Positions 27,487-39,735 of a stretch of 64,000 bases of DNA are shown here, piece by piece. The DNA is from Vairimorpha necatrix (taxonomy: Eukaryota). Location of the stretch: assembly GCA_036630325.1 (NCBI GenBank), contig CP142733.1, forward strand, positions 620,001-684,000, written 5' to 3'. The translations under genes were made by a program, and so were the position numbers. Each line of letters opens with the position of its first letter. Position 1 is the stretch's first letter. The notes beneath the pieces were generated by a model. The model saw only the letters and a list, made by a program, of their open reading frames with translations, did not search any database and was not told the origin of the DNA.

Positions 27487-28014
27487 TTAAAATGACAATA
27501 TAAAGATTTAATATGTCAGGCGTATTTTGTCTTTGCATTAACAGAAGGGCCATTTGAAACCATAATAATAGAAATGATAATAATTTTTCGTCCGAAACGG
27601 CATAATTAAAAACATTTTGTTTAGGAAAAGGAAGTTAAAAGTTTATATTTGTAACGACTCTATTACATTTAAATCGATTGATAATTCGTGGTAGTTGTAT
27701 ATATTTATATAAGTAATAGAATTTTACTTTTTTAATTACTTAAAAAAAGTATTATTTCGTTTTTATATGTTGTAAAAATTTAATTTAATGAAGTTTTTAG
27801 GCTTTGCGTTTTTCCAATATTAGAGACGATTCTTTTACATAAAAATTTATTTTTTATTTTTGAAAAAATTTAATTTTTTTTCAAGTCTATAGGAATCATT
27901 AAAATAAGTTAGAAAAGCTCTAGAAGTAAAATCATCGGAAAAAGTACTATAAAAATTTAACCATATTAGTTTTCCTAGATTAAACTCGCCCCATAATGTA
28001 AAATTTACGCTTTT

Positions 28015-28464
28015 TTAATACTTACAAAATTTCATATTCAAGTCTTCATGTATTCCAGCAATATATAAAATTTGCCCATGTAATTCGTTAATAGTAAATG
28101 TTGCTTTTAATATAATGTTGCTTTTTTCAAAATAATTTACATAATCACAACATACTCTATTGTAATATCGAAGATGATCTATAAAAATTATAGTATTTTT
28201 TCTTTCTTCTGAAGTTATTGCCTTGAAATGATATATATATGGATTTCTTTCTCTTTCAAATTTTAAATCACAATTTTTCTGTAATCTTTTATCGGTTTCT
28301 GGCATATTTAGCTTGCTGATTAAGCAAAATCTTGTGTACATGTCTTCATGTAAAACATTGTCCAAAGCTAAGTAAACATTACATACATCTTTTTTAGTAT
28401 CTTTAGAAATATATAATATGTCGGAACAATATATACATAATAATTTAAAGCAAAATAAAATCAT
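28015..28464 (-). CDS. Family-1 secreted protein (~149 aa), inverted orientation
   Basis: gtgCCC-ATG at 28464, N-terminus MILFCFKLLCIYCSD, NVYLAL and NIILKATF motifs. (TA)n tract upstream. Confidence 0.85.
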   Translation of the reverse strand: MILFCFKLLCIYCSDILYISKDTKKDVCNVYLALDNVLHEDMYTRFCLISKLNMPETDKRLQKNCDLKFERERNPYIYHFKAITSEERKNTIIFIDHLRYYNRVCCDYVNYFEKSNIILKATFTINELHGQILYIAGIHEDLNMKFCKY

Positions 28465-30023
28465 GGGCACCGAACGTCAAATTTTTTTATATATATATAT
28501 ATATATTTAGTAAAATGGTTTTTGTCAATAGAAATTTATACTGAATCAAATAATCATTTGCTTTTAATTTGATTTATAATTCTCAAAAATATTTGACAGT
28601 ATATTTCATTAAGTTGTTATTGGGGAATATCTTTAAATTTTTAGAAAGAATTAAATTAATCATTGACACGAAAAATTCAAAAATAAACTTCGAAACAATT
28701 ATAATAAGATTTTTTTAATCTCAATCCAATATAATTCATGTAATTCTGTTAATATAATAATTTTATTGATTAGTTGATTATTATAAAAAATTAAATTTTT
28801 TTATTCTGTGGTAGTGTTTTGAAGATCAATAAAAGTAAATGCTCATTTTTTCTGTATATATAGATAAAAAATACACTTCTAAATAGTTTGGTTGTGAAAT
28901 AATATTTATAGATCATGAATTTTGTATTTGTCTATTCTAGAAAAATGCTTATTTTATCAAGTATAAGGTATTTGAATAAAAATTTAAAAAGTAAAATAAT
29001 TTTATCTTGAAATCTTTAATGACATAAAAAATAAGATTTAAATCAGATACTCTGTTTCTTTTAAGATAGTACTTATGATTCATGTTCTTAGTCTTAATTT
29101 ATAAAAAACGGTATAAAATGCTTAACGTGAGGTAAATGTACTGGTTTATTGTATTTTTTATCTTTATTTTTAAAACACAAAACAATACCTTAGATGATTA
29201 CTACCGCCTTACCACATTTTTATCGGAATACACTAACACGATGCAAATATTTAGCTAAATACAATTTAAAAGGATAATTTGTGATAGATTATTCAAATAT
29301 TTATTTTAAAAATCTTTAGATTAAGACATACTTCATAACAAAGTCCACTCGTTTGTAACTACAAATTTCAGATCCTAAATGCTTAACATCATAATTTATA
29401 TTATTTTCATTCTAATCAAAAACGCTGAAAATATACATGTAAAGGTATTACCCAAATAAAAAAAAAGATTCTAAAGTGTATATTCTTCAGTTCTTTCCGT
29501 TTAGACTAATTTCGGATGTAAAAACTTCATAAAATTTATTGTTTCTTCATCTTTCTTAAATGTTAGACAATATAAAAATTTATAATTCTATATTGTTATA
29601 TTAACGATAAAATTGAAATAAAACATTGAGAGAATTTATTTTTTTATAACTTTATCAACATATGAAAGACTTATTCTTTGTGTTTAATTTATAAAAAATA
29701 CTTTATTTTGCCTCTTAAATATATTTGTTGTTATGCCTTTTCGTCACACAAGGTGAGTTTTTAATACAACAGCAAATCCATAATAATAATTTAAAAAATT
29801 TTTTTTCTGCTGTTTCCAAAAGCACTCGATTTTTTTTATTCAATTTATATTCTTCAATTGACGCAATATGAAAATAGCTTTGAACAAATAAATATAGGAA
29901 TTTAATATAATAAGCGCTCAGAATAACCTTTAAGAACTTTACTATAGAACTTAATAAAATCAGAAATTTCATTCGATGACAATCAAAGTTAATGTTGAAT
30001 TGTATTGTAAAAGAGGAGCTTTC

Positions 30024-30844
30024 CCACTTTAGTCCCCCCCTTACATATATAAATACAAATTTTCAAAAAATATCCCTGATTTTTGAAATTCGAAACGGAC
30101 AGAACGGGAAGGAGAAAAATCCAAAAAAAAAATAAAATCTAATAAAACAACATAATAACCAAAAATAAACAAATTATTTTTTTTATTTTTTCAATTTCCT
30201 TAATATTTCATTATAGTTCTGACTTGATCAAATCCTCTACTTATTATACATAAATTTGTATAATAAAAAGATATATTATTGAATATGTATAATAAATAAT
30301 AACATAACTATGTTATAATGTAATAATAAAAAATCAATAAGAAATTTTTTTCTATATTAATAAATTAAATTAATCTTATAGCAGTTTATCTTTAAAATTC
30401 ATAATTTTAATCTTATATAATATATATGAATGATTAAAAATACATAAATATGAATTTTCCTCTTCATTTGTTTATAAAAAACAATCAATTACCTAAAATA
30501 CTTAAAATAATAAGAACCAAACCTAAAATCTGTATTTAACATCATAAATGGAAGAAAAACATAAGTTTCAACACGGAAATATGATAATAATGACAGAAGA
30601 AAATAATTTTCTTTTTTTCTAATTAGACATCTATTTAAGCACAATTAATAAAAAATAATTTTTATAATTGTTTTATATTATGTTTTACATGTAATATGGT
30701 CAAAATAGAACTTATTATAACTATTATATACTACTTTATAAATTTTATATTTTCTCCCTTCCGTTCTGTCCGCTTCGAATTTCAAAAATCAGGGATATTT
30801 TTTGAAAAATTGTATTTATATATGTAAGGGGGGGACTAAAGTGG
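30024..30844. mobile_element. MITE-like non-autonomous DNA element with ~95-bp terminal inverted repeats
   Basis: 30024-30118 (ccactttagtcccccccttacatat...cggacagaacgggaaggagaaaa) is the near-perfect reverse complement of 30750-30844. The interior is AT-rich and non-coding. No clear TSD. Confidence 0.88.
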
Positions 30845-31207
30845 TTTTTGGCCGTAAAAGAAGATAAAAAGAAGCTCTTAAATAAAAATTATTTTATATA
30901 ACATAAAATTCCAAAAAATAGATCTAATAAGAGTGTAAGTTTAATGTTTGTTTCCAATGTAAAATTTTATATTTTTTGTCTTAGTCAAACGTAAATCAGA
31001 TTGCAATAAAATATTTTAACGGCCTGTCATTATTTAATTATTAAAAGTTCCAATAAGATGTCAAATTCCAATATCTACTTCGAAATTTAAAATTTTAAAT
31101 TAAACACCAAAAACTTATAATTTCTATACGTAAAATACTTTATATAGAAAGAAATATATTTATTAGAAATAACTTTTTAGTATATTATGAAAATTTTATA
31201 TATCCTT

Positions 31208-31731
31208 ATGATTTGCTTTATTTTTTCATTTTTATACATAAATTGTTCTGACACTTTATTAGTGGTTCCATTGAACAATGAATATGTGGATATATACATC
31301 GGCATAGTCAAATTTCGCCAAAATTACATATATATGATTACTGAATTAATTGAAAAAGATTGTGTATGTGAAATTATAAATATTTATGATAAAAGATCAA
31401 AGGAAGGAACAAGTACTAAGCCGTATAATTTTAAACTATCACTTTAGATGATAAGCTAAATCTATTTAAGATAGTACAATGCAATAGTAAAAAAATGCAG
31501 AAAAAATTATATGATAATTTTATATATAATGATGTTATATTAAAAACAACCATTCAACTAGACATTAAAAAGACATACTTCATTGAATATATGGAATCTA
31601 GAAAAGGTATAATAAAAAAATTTTCAACCAGTGAGAAACTTATATTTGATGGATCAAAGACGATGTCTAACTTAAATTGGTTAAATATAAATCATTTTCC
31701 TTGGGGTAAAAAATCTATCTTATCTAATTAA
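31208..31731 (+). pseudogene. Family-1 gene with a 1-bp frameshift (duplicate of 3-425)
   Basis: MICFIFSFLYINCSD signal peptide and VDIYIG. Copy B reads aaactatc at ~31437 where copy A reads aaacttatc, which splits the ORF. An upstream in-frame ATG exists at 31187. Confidence 0.8.
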
Positions 31732-32414
31732 ATAATACATTTGAAAATTATATATTTAGTTTTTTTAATATTATCATGAGCCCATGAGAAAAGTCATTTC
31801 GTTTTTTTTTTCCGATATTCCCTCTAATTACTTTAGTGGTCTTCTCGAGGAATTTATTGCATATACGATAGTCATATATAGTTGGAAAAAATTTATAGAG
31901 CATCATAAAAGCATAAAATTAAATAAATTTTTTATTAAGCTTTAATACTTTTCAATCACGATATTGCCAAATCAAAAATAATTTTAGATCATAGTAATTA
32001 TAGTTCGCACATTTAATAGATTATATTAATGTTTATTAGTTTCAAATTCTTTTAATTAGCACATCAAATAGTATTAATTTAACAAATGTTAATTATTAAA
32101 AAATATGTTATCATTTATTTTAAAGCTTCCATAAAATTTTAATCTTATACAACTATGTAACCATTGCAAATTTATGTTTATATAAAACAATTTTACAACT
32201 CAAAAAGTATCAGCTTCTTTTGTGCTATCCCCAAAGAAATATATACCTGGCGAAATTTATGTGTTTCTATGGTATTTTTTATCTAAATCTTCGGTATCTT
32301 CAAATTCTTGTTATGATAACACGAATTAATAAAATCTTGATAAGCAAATTATAATCATAACTCGAAATTTTAAATTTGAAATATAATTTTTTTTAAAACT
32401 AAGTTTGTTTTCTC

Positions 32415-32645
32415 AGTTTATCTCCTGCCATGCACGTTATCTGGCCACACACCTTCTAGCTGCCCCTTCTATGTTCTGGTTCCATATCTCTCTACATGTG
32501 TCCCTGTCTCTGTTTAAAGGAGATCCTCTCTTGTAAATTGTTATAATTCTCATTTGGATGTAAGCTTTGATATTAATCGATGGTCCATGAATTAACAAGT
32601 TGCTGCGCATATATTTATACCTCGAAATACATCGCAGTTCCAAAT
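32415..32645 (-). mobile_element. Duplicate of the degenerate R4-like fragment at 1110-1345
   Basis: Nearly identical sequence. ORF 32437-32643 contains IKAYIQMRI. Confidence 0.5.
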
Positions 32646-34261
32646 TGTGATTATATTATATAAATTTACTTTTATTGTATATCAGATAAGAAAAAAGCAT
32701 CCAATAATATTACATAGATTAAATCGGAAAGTAAAATCTCTAACACAACAAATAAGTCGATAAAATTTTGATGTTGAAGTATTAATGGAGAATCTATATT
32801 ATCTTTTTCTTTGAATTAATTTTAAGAAAAATATTTTTAAACTATTATAATTATTATTGTTCTAAAAATAAATAACAAAATACAACTTATATAAATAATA
32901 ACATATTTAATGTAACAATCATTTCACATGTTTAGTGGCCTTGAAAATGTGCAAATGATCAAGCCCGATTCGTAAATTGTGGTAAAGAAAACAAAATTCG
33001 TATAATACAGAAAAGAATCTGAAGACAAAAGATAGATAAAATATGTTGGTTTTGTCTCCTCAAATCACGTAATTAGAAAGATAAAACTTCAACAACTCGT
33101 TGCTGCAAAAAACAAATGTTTCTGAATTTAATAAAGCATTCTGCGCATAATATAAACTTAAAAGCATTTGTTTCAATTATAATTTGTCGATATTAGAATA
33201 TTTATTTGGTTTTTAGTCTTTTTCTTCAACATTGCTTGAAGGTAAAATATAAAAGTTTTAAATATTTAAACATTGAGAAATGTCAAACGTGTAAAATATT
33301 TAGCAGCTCTTGAGTCCTGATGATATAATTATAAAAAACTTTTTTCATGTTTTTGTATGATCAATAATTAGGTTTTTATAAACAACAAACAAACATTTCT
33401 TAATAAGGGTTAGGCATTTTATGAAAGCAGTATAAATAAGAAATATAAGCTTCACACAAAAAAGTTCATTTTATGGAAAAGAAATTTTTATAAATCAGAG
33501 TGAATAGATACTTGAGTTGTTATGATTTATTATGTATGTTAAGTAATAGTGAAGTTTTAACATTGTAAATTATTTTGTGGTTATTGCTTTATTAATATGC
33601 CAATCTATGGGTTTATTGTTTAAAAACAAATGAAAATTCAAGGAATATACATTCACCAATATCATTCAATAGACACCATATATGGTTAAAATATAGATTA
33701 TATTTCTTAGAGAACTAGATAAAGCTCCTGTGCCTCTTTGTTACAATGTTTCATCTTTCACTCAGATATTGCTTTGATAACTCCCATGTTATGTAAACTA
33801 AAATTCAATTAATTTGTGCGGTAGGAGTGATGATAAATAATACTAATAAAAGTTTTATTGGTAAAAACAATTGAAAACAAGTTCTAATTTTTCTTTCCTC
33901 TAAGTTACACTTTGTAAAAGATATTTACAGAATAATAAGATTGTGAATTAAATAATCAAAAATTGACAATTTTATGAATTGATAACTTTTTATCAGGATC
34001 AATGTGATCTTAAAATCAAAAAATGAAAAAAATTTAATATAAAAGTATGGTAAAAAAGTTATTCCATAAAAAATAATTATAAAATTTGTTTGTATTCAAA
34101 ACATTTCTCAAACAAAACATTCTATGTATCAGGAATAAAAAATTTAAAATTGATAAATCACTAATATAATATTTAATTAATAATTTTTTAAATATATATT
34201 TCTTACAATTATAAAACGTTTCAGGATAATATATAAAAATAAAAAAATCACAGTAAAAACA

Positions 34262-34750
34262 ATGTTCGCAATTTTCAAATTAGCTCTTTCACTCTTAGCA
34301 TGGACCTTCGCTTATGCTTCTTCAGAAAAGAATATGAGTACAACTTTCCAGTATAAATTACAGGAAAATTTTATCAAGAAAATATGTATAATTAGGAAGG
34401 AAGATCTAGTGTTTATTGCTTTTTTTAATAATTCAAGAGATAAGACTGAAACAGAAAAACTAATCAATTTATCCGAAAGTGAATATATTAATATAGTAAG
34501 ATCTAAAAAATTCATCTATCAGAATTATATTAAATTGAGACATCATATCTCTTGTGCATTGAAAAGCATTTCCTCTCGTATTTTCTCTGTTCTATTCAAG
34601 GTGAGATCAATAAGTGCAATCATATCCTCTAATATCCTATTTATTTCTAAAAAGCTGATTAAAATACCCTCATATACATTTTACCGCCTTTATAATGGAA
34701 GTAAAGCGAGATTGAGTAATCTAAAAATGTTTCTAAGGAATAAACAATAA
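34262..34750 (+). CDS. Family-2 protein, duplicate of 2958-3446
   Basis: Same length; about 16 amino-acid differences by manual comparison. Confidence 0.85.
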   Translation: MFAIFKLALSLLAWTFAYASSEKNMSTTFQYKLQENFIKKICIIRKEDLVFIAFFNNSRDKTETEKLINLSESEYINIVRSKKFIYQNYIKLRHHISCALKSISSRIFSVLFKVRSISAIISSNILFISKKLIKIPSYTFYRLYNGSKARLSNLKMFLRNKQ

Positions 34751-36399
34751 AACTAAGTATTTTAATTTTTTGTTTTATGTTCTTATAAACTATTATTATT
34801 GAGTTATCCTATAATATACATTTCATTATGGTTTTAATTGAATCAATTAAGTCTAGGGAATTATTGCATTTTGGTTAAATCCTATACAAAATTTCCTATG
34901 TTGAATTATGTATTGTTTATTGTATTAAAAATGAGCTTTAAAGTTTTAAAGACTAACACTTTAAAATGTAAATCAATGGAATTTTCATCATGTAAAATGT
35001 AATTATTCAATAATGTTATGTTGTTCATAAATATATTAAAAAATTGATATGCAAATGTTACGGTTTAGACCAAAAAAAATCATCAAAAGATGGTCTTGAA
35101 ATTATTACTGAATAAGGCAAAAATATTTTATCGTAAAGTTATATTAAATTAACAAACAAAACAAAAAACGCAAATAATTCTGTTTCTCAGGATTTGAATA
35201 TTTTTACAAAGGACAGATTCCCTGCAGTACTGATATTACTTTTGAGACAAAAAAAAAATATTTTGACAAATCAGATTCTCCGTTTTTAGTAATGTTAAGG
35301 AGGAGTGAACGTACAGCATGTTCCGCCTATAGACTTTAAGGCTTATCAATATAGAAGGACATGAAAAGACCAAATAAACCTTTAACTTACTAAAATTATT
35401 CTCGGAATGCCAGAAAACTAGTAGCCATATGATTTTATTGCGTAAAGGTTTTTTTTGTAAAGAATAAACTTCGATAGCCTGAAAGCAACTAGCAAAACCA
35501 AAAAGCTGGAGAACACTCGTAAAAGCTCACAATTTCATAAAAATCTATTATATGTTTGGTGAGAAATTCTCAAAATAATAATTAAATATATTCCAAACTA
35601 ATTTTCAATAAAACATATAGTGATGGTATAACGTGTATTTTCATTCGTGCCAAATGTGTGATTATTATACTAATTTTTAAAAAACATTTTTATGTGATTA
35701 AGAAGTTATAATATTTAAATGAGGCGAATTATGAAATAAAAGTCTATAATTTTATCTGTATAAATCATCTAATATATGTCATATATACTAAAATTAGGTT
35801 TTAATCTTGAAAACCTCTGTTAAATATAACTGTAGTTAAAAGAAGATAGCATTTATATATAAAGAGAAGGAACATAGATGCTAAACTTAAATTATTAACT
35901 TTGAAAAATTAAGAAATTTTGTCGAGTCTGATTTGTTAATAACAACAGAACATTTTTACTTTGAAGACAAAATTTTATTGTTGTAAAAAGGAATACTGTC
36001 ATATTATGGCACAAAAATTTTATAAATAATCAATAAGTATTTCATGAGTTCGCCCATGACTCTTTATGAATGTATCCCATGATAGACATATGGAATAATT
36101 TAGAACCTATCTTAAATCAAATAGACAAGTAGTGATACATGTTTGAAGAATTTCAAATCATTCACAATTTATAGTATTTCACGTCATGGTTCTTACTTGT
36201 TTGATCAAAACAACAACAACAAAAATTCATAATATTCTTTTAAAACACGAATTTGATACTATAAATAACCTTCTTTTTTGAACGATGAATTGTCATATCT
36301 TCTAAGTTTTAACAATTTCAATGATATTCAATGTTTTTAATATTGTATTTCTAAATTTTAATTTCTTGAAAAATTTGAAATTTATATTTTTATAATTAC

Positions 36400-36455
36400 T
36401 AAACATATTTATTCCAAAATTAAGGGTATAAAATATAATTTTTAAAATCTCAACA
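36400..36455 (-). repeat. 3' LTR (56 bp), preceded by polypurine tract aagaggggga (36465-36456)
   Basis: The minus strand reads TGTTGAGAT...AATAAATATGTTTA. The PPT overlaps the integrase stop codon. Confidence 0.92.
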
Positions 36456-36463
36456 TCCCCCTC

Positions 36464-37777
36464 TTAAAAACATTCGTCTATTATCAATTTCAGCTGAGAA
36501 GAATGTCGCTTAATAGTTTTGTTTCCTGTCCTAACCAAATATGTGTTGTTTTCTAAAACTTTATAAATTAAACCTCTAACCTTAAATTTGGGTTCTCCCT
36601 TTTTGACACCTGTTTCCGTTTTTATAATAACGCTATCCCCCTCTGAAAATTGTGGTTCGGTTTCTCGGTTTTTATTTCTTTCATTGAATTTTAGTATCTC
36701 CTCATATTGTTTTTCTTTCACCTTTTGGAAATTGGTCGGGTTTAAAGCATCATTCAGAGACATACCTAACTTACTATGATATATATTGTTATATACATCT
36801 AAAACCTTTAAAAGTTTAATTTTAAGATTTTCTTTTCCCTCTTGTTTGTATATTCCTTCTTGTATTGTCCTATTAAATCTTTCCACTCTTCCATTGGACT
36901 GGTGGTGAAATGGTGAGGTATAATGTAATTCGACATTATTACTTGCTGCCCAACATCTTACTTCTTTACTTAGGTTTTCTTTCGATTGATCTAAAATTAG
37001 TTTATGTATCTTAATTTTTTGATTTATCATATCTAAAAATTTTACAATTTTCTTACTCTCCCTGGAACTTAGTACCTTTCCAAATCCGAATCGACTAAAG
37101 TAATCAATCCCAGACACGATATATTGGTTGTTAATTGGACCAATAATATCTATTGCTACTTTCTCTCCAATTGCATGTGACTTTACAAATAAAATTCTTT
37201 TCCCTCTTTTAGGATTATACATTTTACACCGAATACACCTCTTTAACTCGTTTTTAGTTAATTTTCCCATATCTTTCCAATCGTATTTCTTTTTAAGTTC
37301 ATTTTGAACTGCTTTATAACCTCTATGGACAAGTTCTAGGTGTTTATCACGGATAATTTTTCTTTTGTCTTCCTCAGTCATTTCTAATTCTAGATTTTTA
37401 ATCTCTAATATTTCTTGTCTTGATGATCTGGATAAGCAATCCACATGTGGAATGTTTGTTCCTTTTCTATATACAACACAATAATTATATTCACTAAGTT
37501 TGTCTAACCATCGTTGGATCCGCAAAGATTTTATCTCTCCCCTATTTAGTGCTTCTAGGGCCTTATGATCAGTGACTGCAGTAAATTCATTTCCATAGAG
37601 GAAATATCTGAAATGTTCCATCCCCCATAACATCACTAAACATTCCTTTTCGCTGATTCCATAGTTTATCTCAGCAGGTAACAATCTTCTTGAAGCGAAA
37701 GCAATTGGTACTGGACCACTTCCATGATCCTGTGAGAGGATAGCTCCTATTCCTGACTGGCATGCATCTGTTTCCAA
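36464..37777 (-). CDS. pol: Gypsy RNase H plus integrase segment of pol
   Basis: TDAC, EKE and TDH RNase H motifs. HHCC (HLELVH...CIRC) and DDE core (AIDIIGP, ILDQ, SNGRVER). Joined to RT by a frameshift in an A7 run near 37790. Confidence 0.95.
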   Translation of the reverse strand: METDACQSGIGAILSQDHGSGPVPIAFASRRLLPAEINYGISEKECLVMLWGMEHFRYFLYGNEFTAVTDHKALEALNRGEIKSLRIQRWLDKLSEYNYCVVYRKGTNIPHVDCLSRSSRQEILEIKNLELEMTEEDKRKIIRDKHLELVHRGYKAVQNELKKKYDWKDMGKLTKNELKRCIRCKMYNPKRGKRILFVKSHAIGEKVAIDIIGPINNQYIVSGIDYFSRFGFGKVLSSRESKKIVKFLDMINQKIKIHKLILDQSKENLSKEVRCWAASNNVELHYTSPFHHQSNGRVERFNRTIQEGIYKQEGKENLKIKLLKVLDVYNNIYHSKLGMSLNDALNPTNFQKVKEKQYEEILKFNERNKNRETEPQFSEGDSVIIKTETGVKKGEPKFKVRGLIYKVLENNTYLVRTGNKTIKRHSSQLKLIIDECF

Positions 37778-38610
37778 AAATATAAGGTTTTTTTGTAATC
37801 GGGTTGGGATAGAACCACGCGTGATCTCAATATACTTTTTAATTTCTTAAAAGCTTTTTCTTCTTCCTCTTCCCACTTAAATACAACATCCTTTTTAAGT
37901 AAATCATACAATGGCCCGGCAATGATTGAACATTGTGGAATAAATTTACGATAGTAATTAATCAATCCTAAAAATTCCTCACAAGATTTTCTATTATCTG
38001 GTCTTTCTATATTTTCAATTCCTTGTTCAGCCGAAAATTTCGGCTTTATCTTGTTATATTCAATAACATGGCCTAAAAATTCTATGTTCTCTTTTTTATG
38101 TATAGTCTTTGACTCGTTAATTCGTAGCTCATATTTTTGTAGCTTGTTAATAACCTTTGTATAGCTTGTATCATGTTCTTCTTCATTTCTACCAAAAATA
38201 AGGATGTCATCAACATAGACAAAGCAATTTTTCCCTATTTCTTCTTCAAGGACGTTGTCCATAAACCTTTGAAAAACGGCTGGTGCATTTTTAAACCCCA
38301 TGGGCATTACGTTCCATTCGTATAATAAATGATTAAATCTGAAAGCAGTTTTGTGTTTGTCTTTTTCAGCTAATTTAATTTGAAAAAATCCATCTTTTAA
38401 ATCAATTTTTGAAAAATATTTCATGTCTCTAAGACTGAATATAAGTCTTTCAATATTGGGGAGGGAATAATTATCTAGATCTACCAATCTGTTGAGCGCT
38501 ATTAAATTCGTAGTAACTCTTATGGATCCATCCGGTTTGATCACTGGCCTAAGGTTATTTAGCCATGTTGAATTAGATTTCCTTATATACCCGTTTTTTA
38601 ATAACTCATT
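37747..38610 (-). CDS. pol: Gypsy reverse transcriptase segment of pol
   Basis: KIDLKDGFFQI, MPMGFKNAP, YVDD and FLG motifs. The frame extends upstream as NELLKNGYIRKSNSTW. Confidence 0.95.
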   Translation of the reverse strand, partial: NELLKNGYIRKSNSTWLNNLRPVIKPDGSIRVTTNLIALNRLVDLDNYSLPNIERLIFSLRDMKYFSKIDLKDGFFQIKLAEKDKHKTAFRFNHLLYEWNVMPMGFKNAPAVFQRFMDNVLEEEIGKNCFVYVDDILIFGRNEEEHDTSYTKVINKLQKYELRINESKTIHKKENIEFLGHVIEYNKIKPKFSAEQGIENIERPDNRKSCEEFLGLINYYRKFIPQCSIIAGPLYDLLKKDVVFKWEEEEEKAFKKLKSILRSRVVLSQPDYKKTLYFWKQMHASQE

Positions 38611-39686
38611 ATAGAGTTTTGTATTCCTTCCTCCAATTTCTTTGGTAAACTATAAACGTGTTCTATTACCTTCTCTCCTGGTTTTGTATTGATCTCACAA
38701 ATTCTATTGCTCGGTTGTCGAAAAACTTTACAAATATCATCTTTTCCTATTAACACTTTAAAATTTTTAACTTTTGGTAAAACATACATTCTGCTTTTAA
38801 ATATTCTATTACCATATTTGTATTCCACAATAACATGGTTTTCAACTAGAAATTCTTCTTCAAGACATGTGAAAAATTTCAAAACATTCATATTCTTATT
38901 GAGTTTCAATTTTAAATCATAGACAGCTTGAAGAGAGATAAAGTTGTAGGCCGCACCCGAATCAAAAACCACGGGGACTTTTTTAGTCCCAACATAAATA
39001 AAATTATTTTTATTCGTAATAAAGCTTTGATCTACTTCCTGACTATCCTTTTCAATCTCATTAATATTCCTTCGATCATCATTAGCCTGTTTATTATTTC
39101 GATTCACCCTACAATCCTTAGCTAAATGTCCTGGCCTTCTGCATCTAAAGCATGTATTTGGTTGGTTCTGTTTAGTAAGTCTCAAACCAGCCAACTTGAT
39201 ATTCAATAATGCTTCGTTCTCCATCTCATTTAATATTTCGTAAAATTCTTTGTTGATCTCATATTGGGTCGTAAGAAAAATTTTAATCATTTTTAACTTT
39301 TTATCTACTCCTGATCTAATAATTTTTCTTCTGTCAAAATTGGAAATTTCATTTTCATTACATTTAGAAACTACATCTTTGATAAAATCAACAACTTTTT
39401 GTTCTTCCTTTTGCTTCATATTGTAAATGTCAAAAAGCAATGTTTTATTCTCAAATTCTTGTTCCACTTCTTTTTTCCAGATTTCAAACGTTAAAGCAGC
39501 TTTCCTTTTATCTTTAAAAGTCCTACAATGCCAATCTAAAATATGAGAGTTAAGTCTGCTTATAAAAAAATCTAACTTCTCCTCATTGGTCATTTTTGCC
39601 CAACTACTCAGAGCCTCTGCTCTTCTAATTTCTACTATTATATTGTCTTTGTTTATTTCGATTTTTATATTCTCCACCATAAACAT
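38598..39686 (-). CDS. gag: Gypsy Gag (CCHC knuckle) plus aspartic protease
   Basis: CFRCRRPGHLAKDC zinc knuckle, VVFDSGA protease active site and VLIGKD. Confidence 0.93.
   Translation of the reverse strand: MFMVENIKIEINKDNIIVEIRRAEALSSWAKMTNEEKLDFFISRLNSHILDWHCRTFKDKRKAALTFEIWKKEVEQEFENKTLLFDIYNMKQKEEQKVVDFIKDVVSKCNENEISNFDRRKIIRSGVDKKLKMIKIFLTTQYEINKEFYEILNEMENEALLNIKLAGLRLTKQNQPNTCFRCRRPGHLAKDCRVNRNNKQANDDRRNINEIEKDSQEVDQSFITNKNNFIYVGTKKVPVVFDSGAAYNFISLQAVYDLKLKLNKNMNVLKFFTCLEEEFLVENHVIVEYKYGNRIFKSRMYVLPKVKNFKVLIGKDDICKVFRQPSNRICEINTKPGEKVIEHVYSLPKKLEEGIQNSIMSY
39669..39679 (-). promoter_or_regulatory. Primer-binding site, probably tRNA-Ala
   Basis: TGGTGGAGAAT immediately follows the 5' LTR and is complementary to ATTCTCCA-CCA, a eukaryotic tRNA-Ala-type 3' end. 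Confidence 0.75.
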
Positions 39687-39735
39687 ATTTATTCTAAAAT
39701 TGAGGGTATAAAATATAATTTTTTAAATCTCAACA
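39680..39735 (-). repeat. 5' LTR (56 bp)
   Basis: Direct repeat of 36400-36455, bounded by the TSD and the PBS. Confidence 0.92.

Larger units (their letters stand above)
36400..39735 (-). mobile_element. Full-length compact Ty3/gypsy LTR retrotransposon (3336 bp)
   Basis: 56-bp direct repeats at 36400-36455 and 39680-39735 (3 mismatches), flanked by attac at 36395-36399 and 39736-39740. Has a PBS and PPT, and domain order gag-PR-RT-RH-IN. Absent from copy A. Confidence 0.97.
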
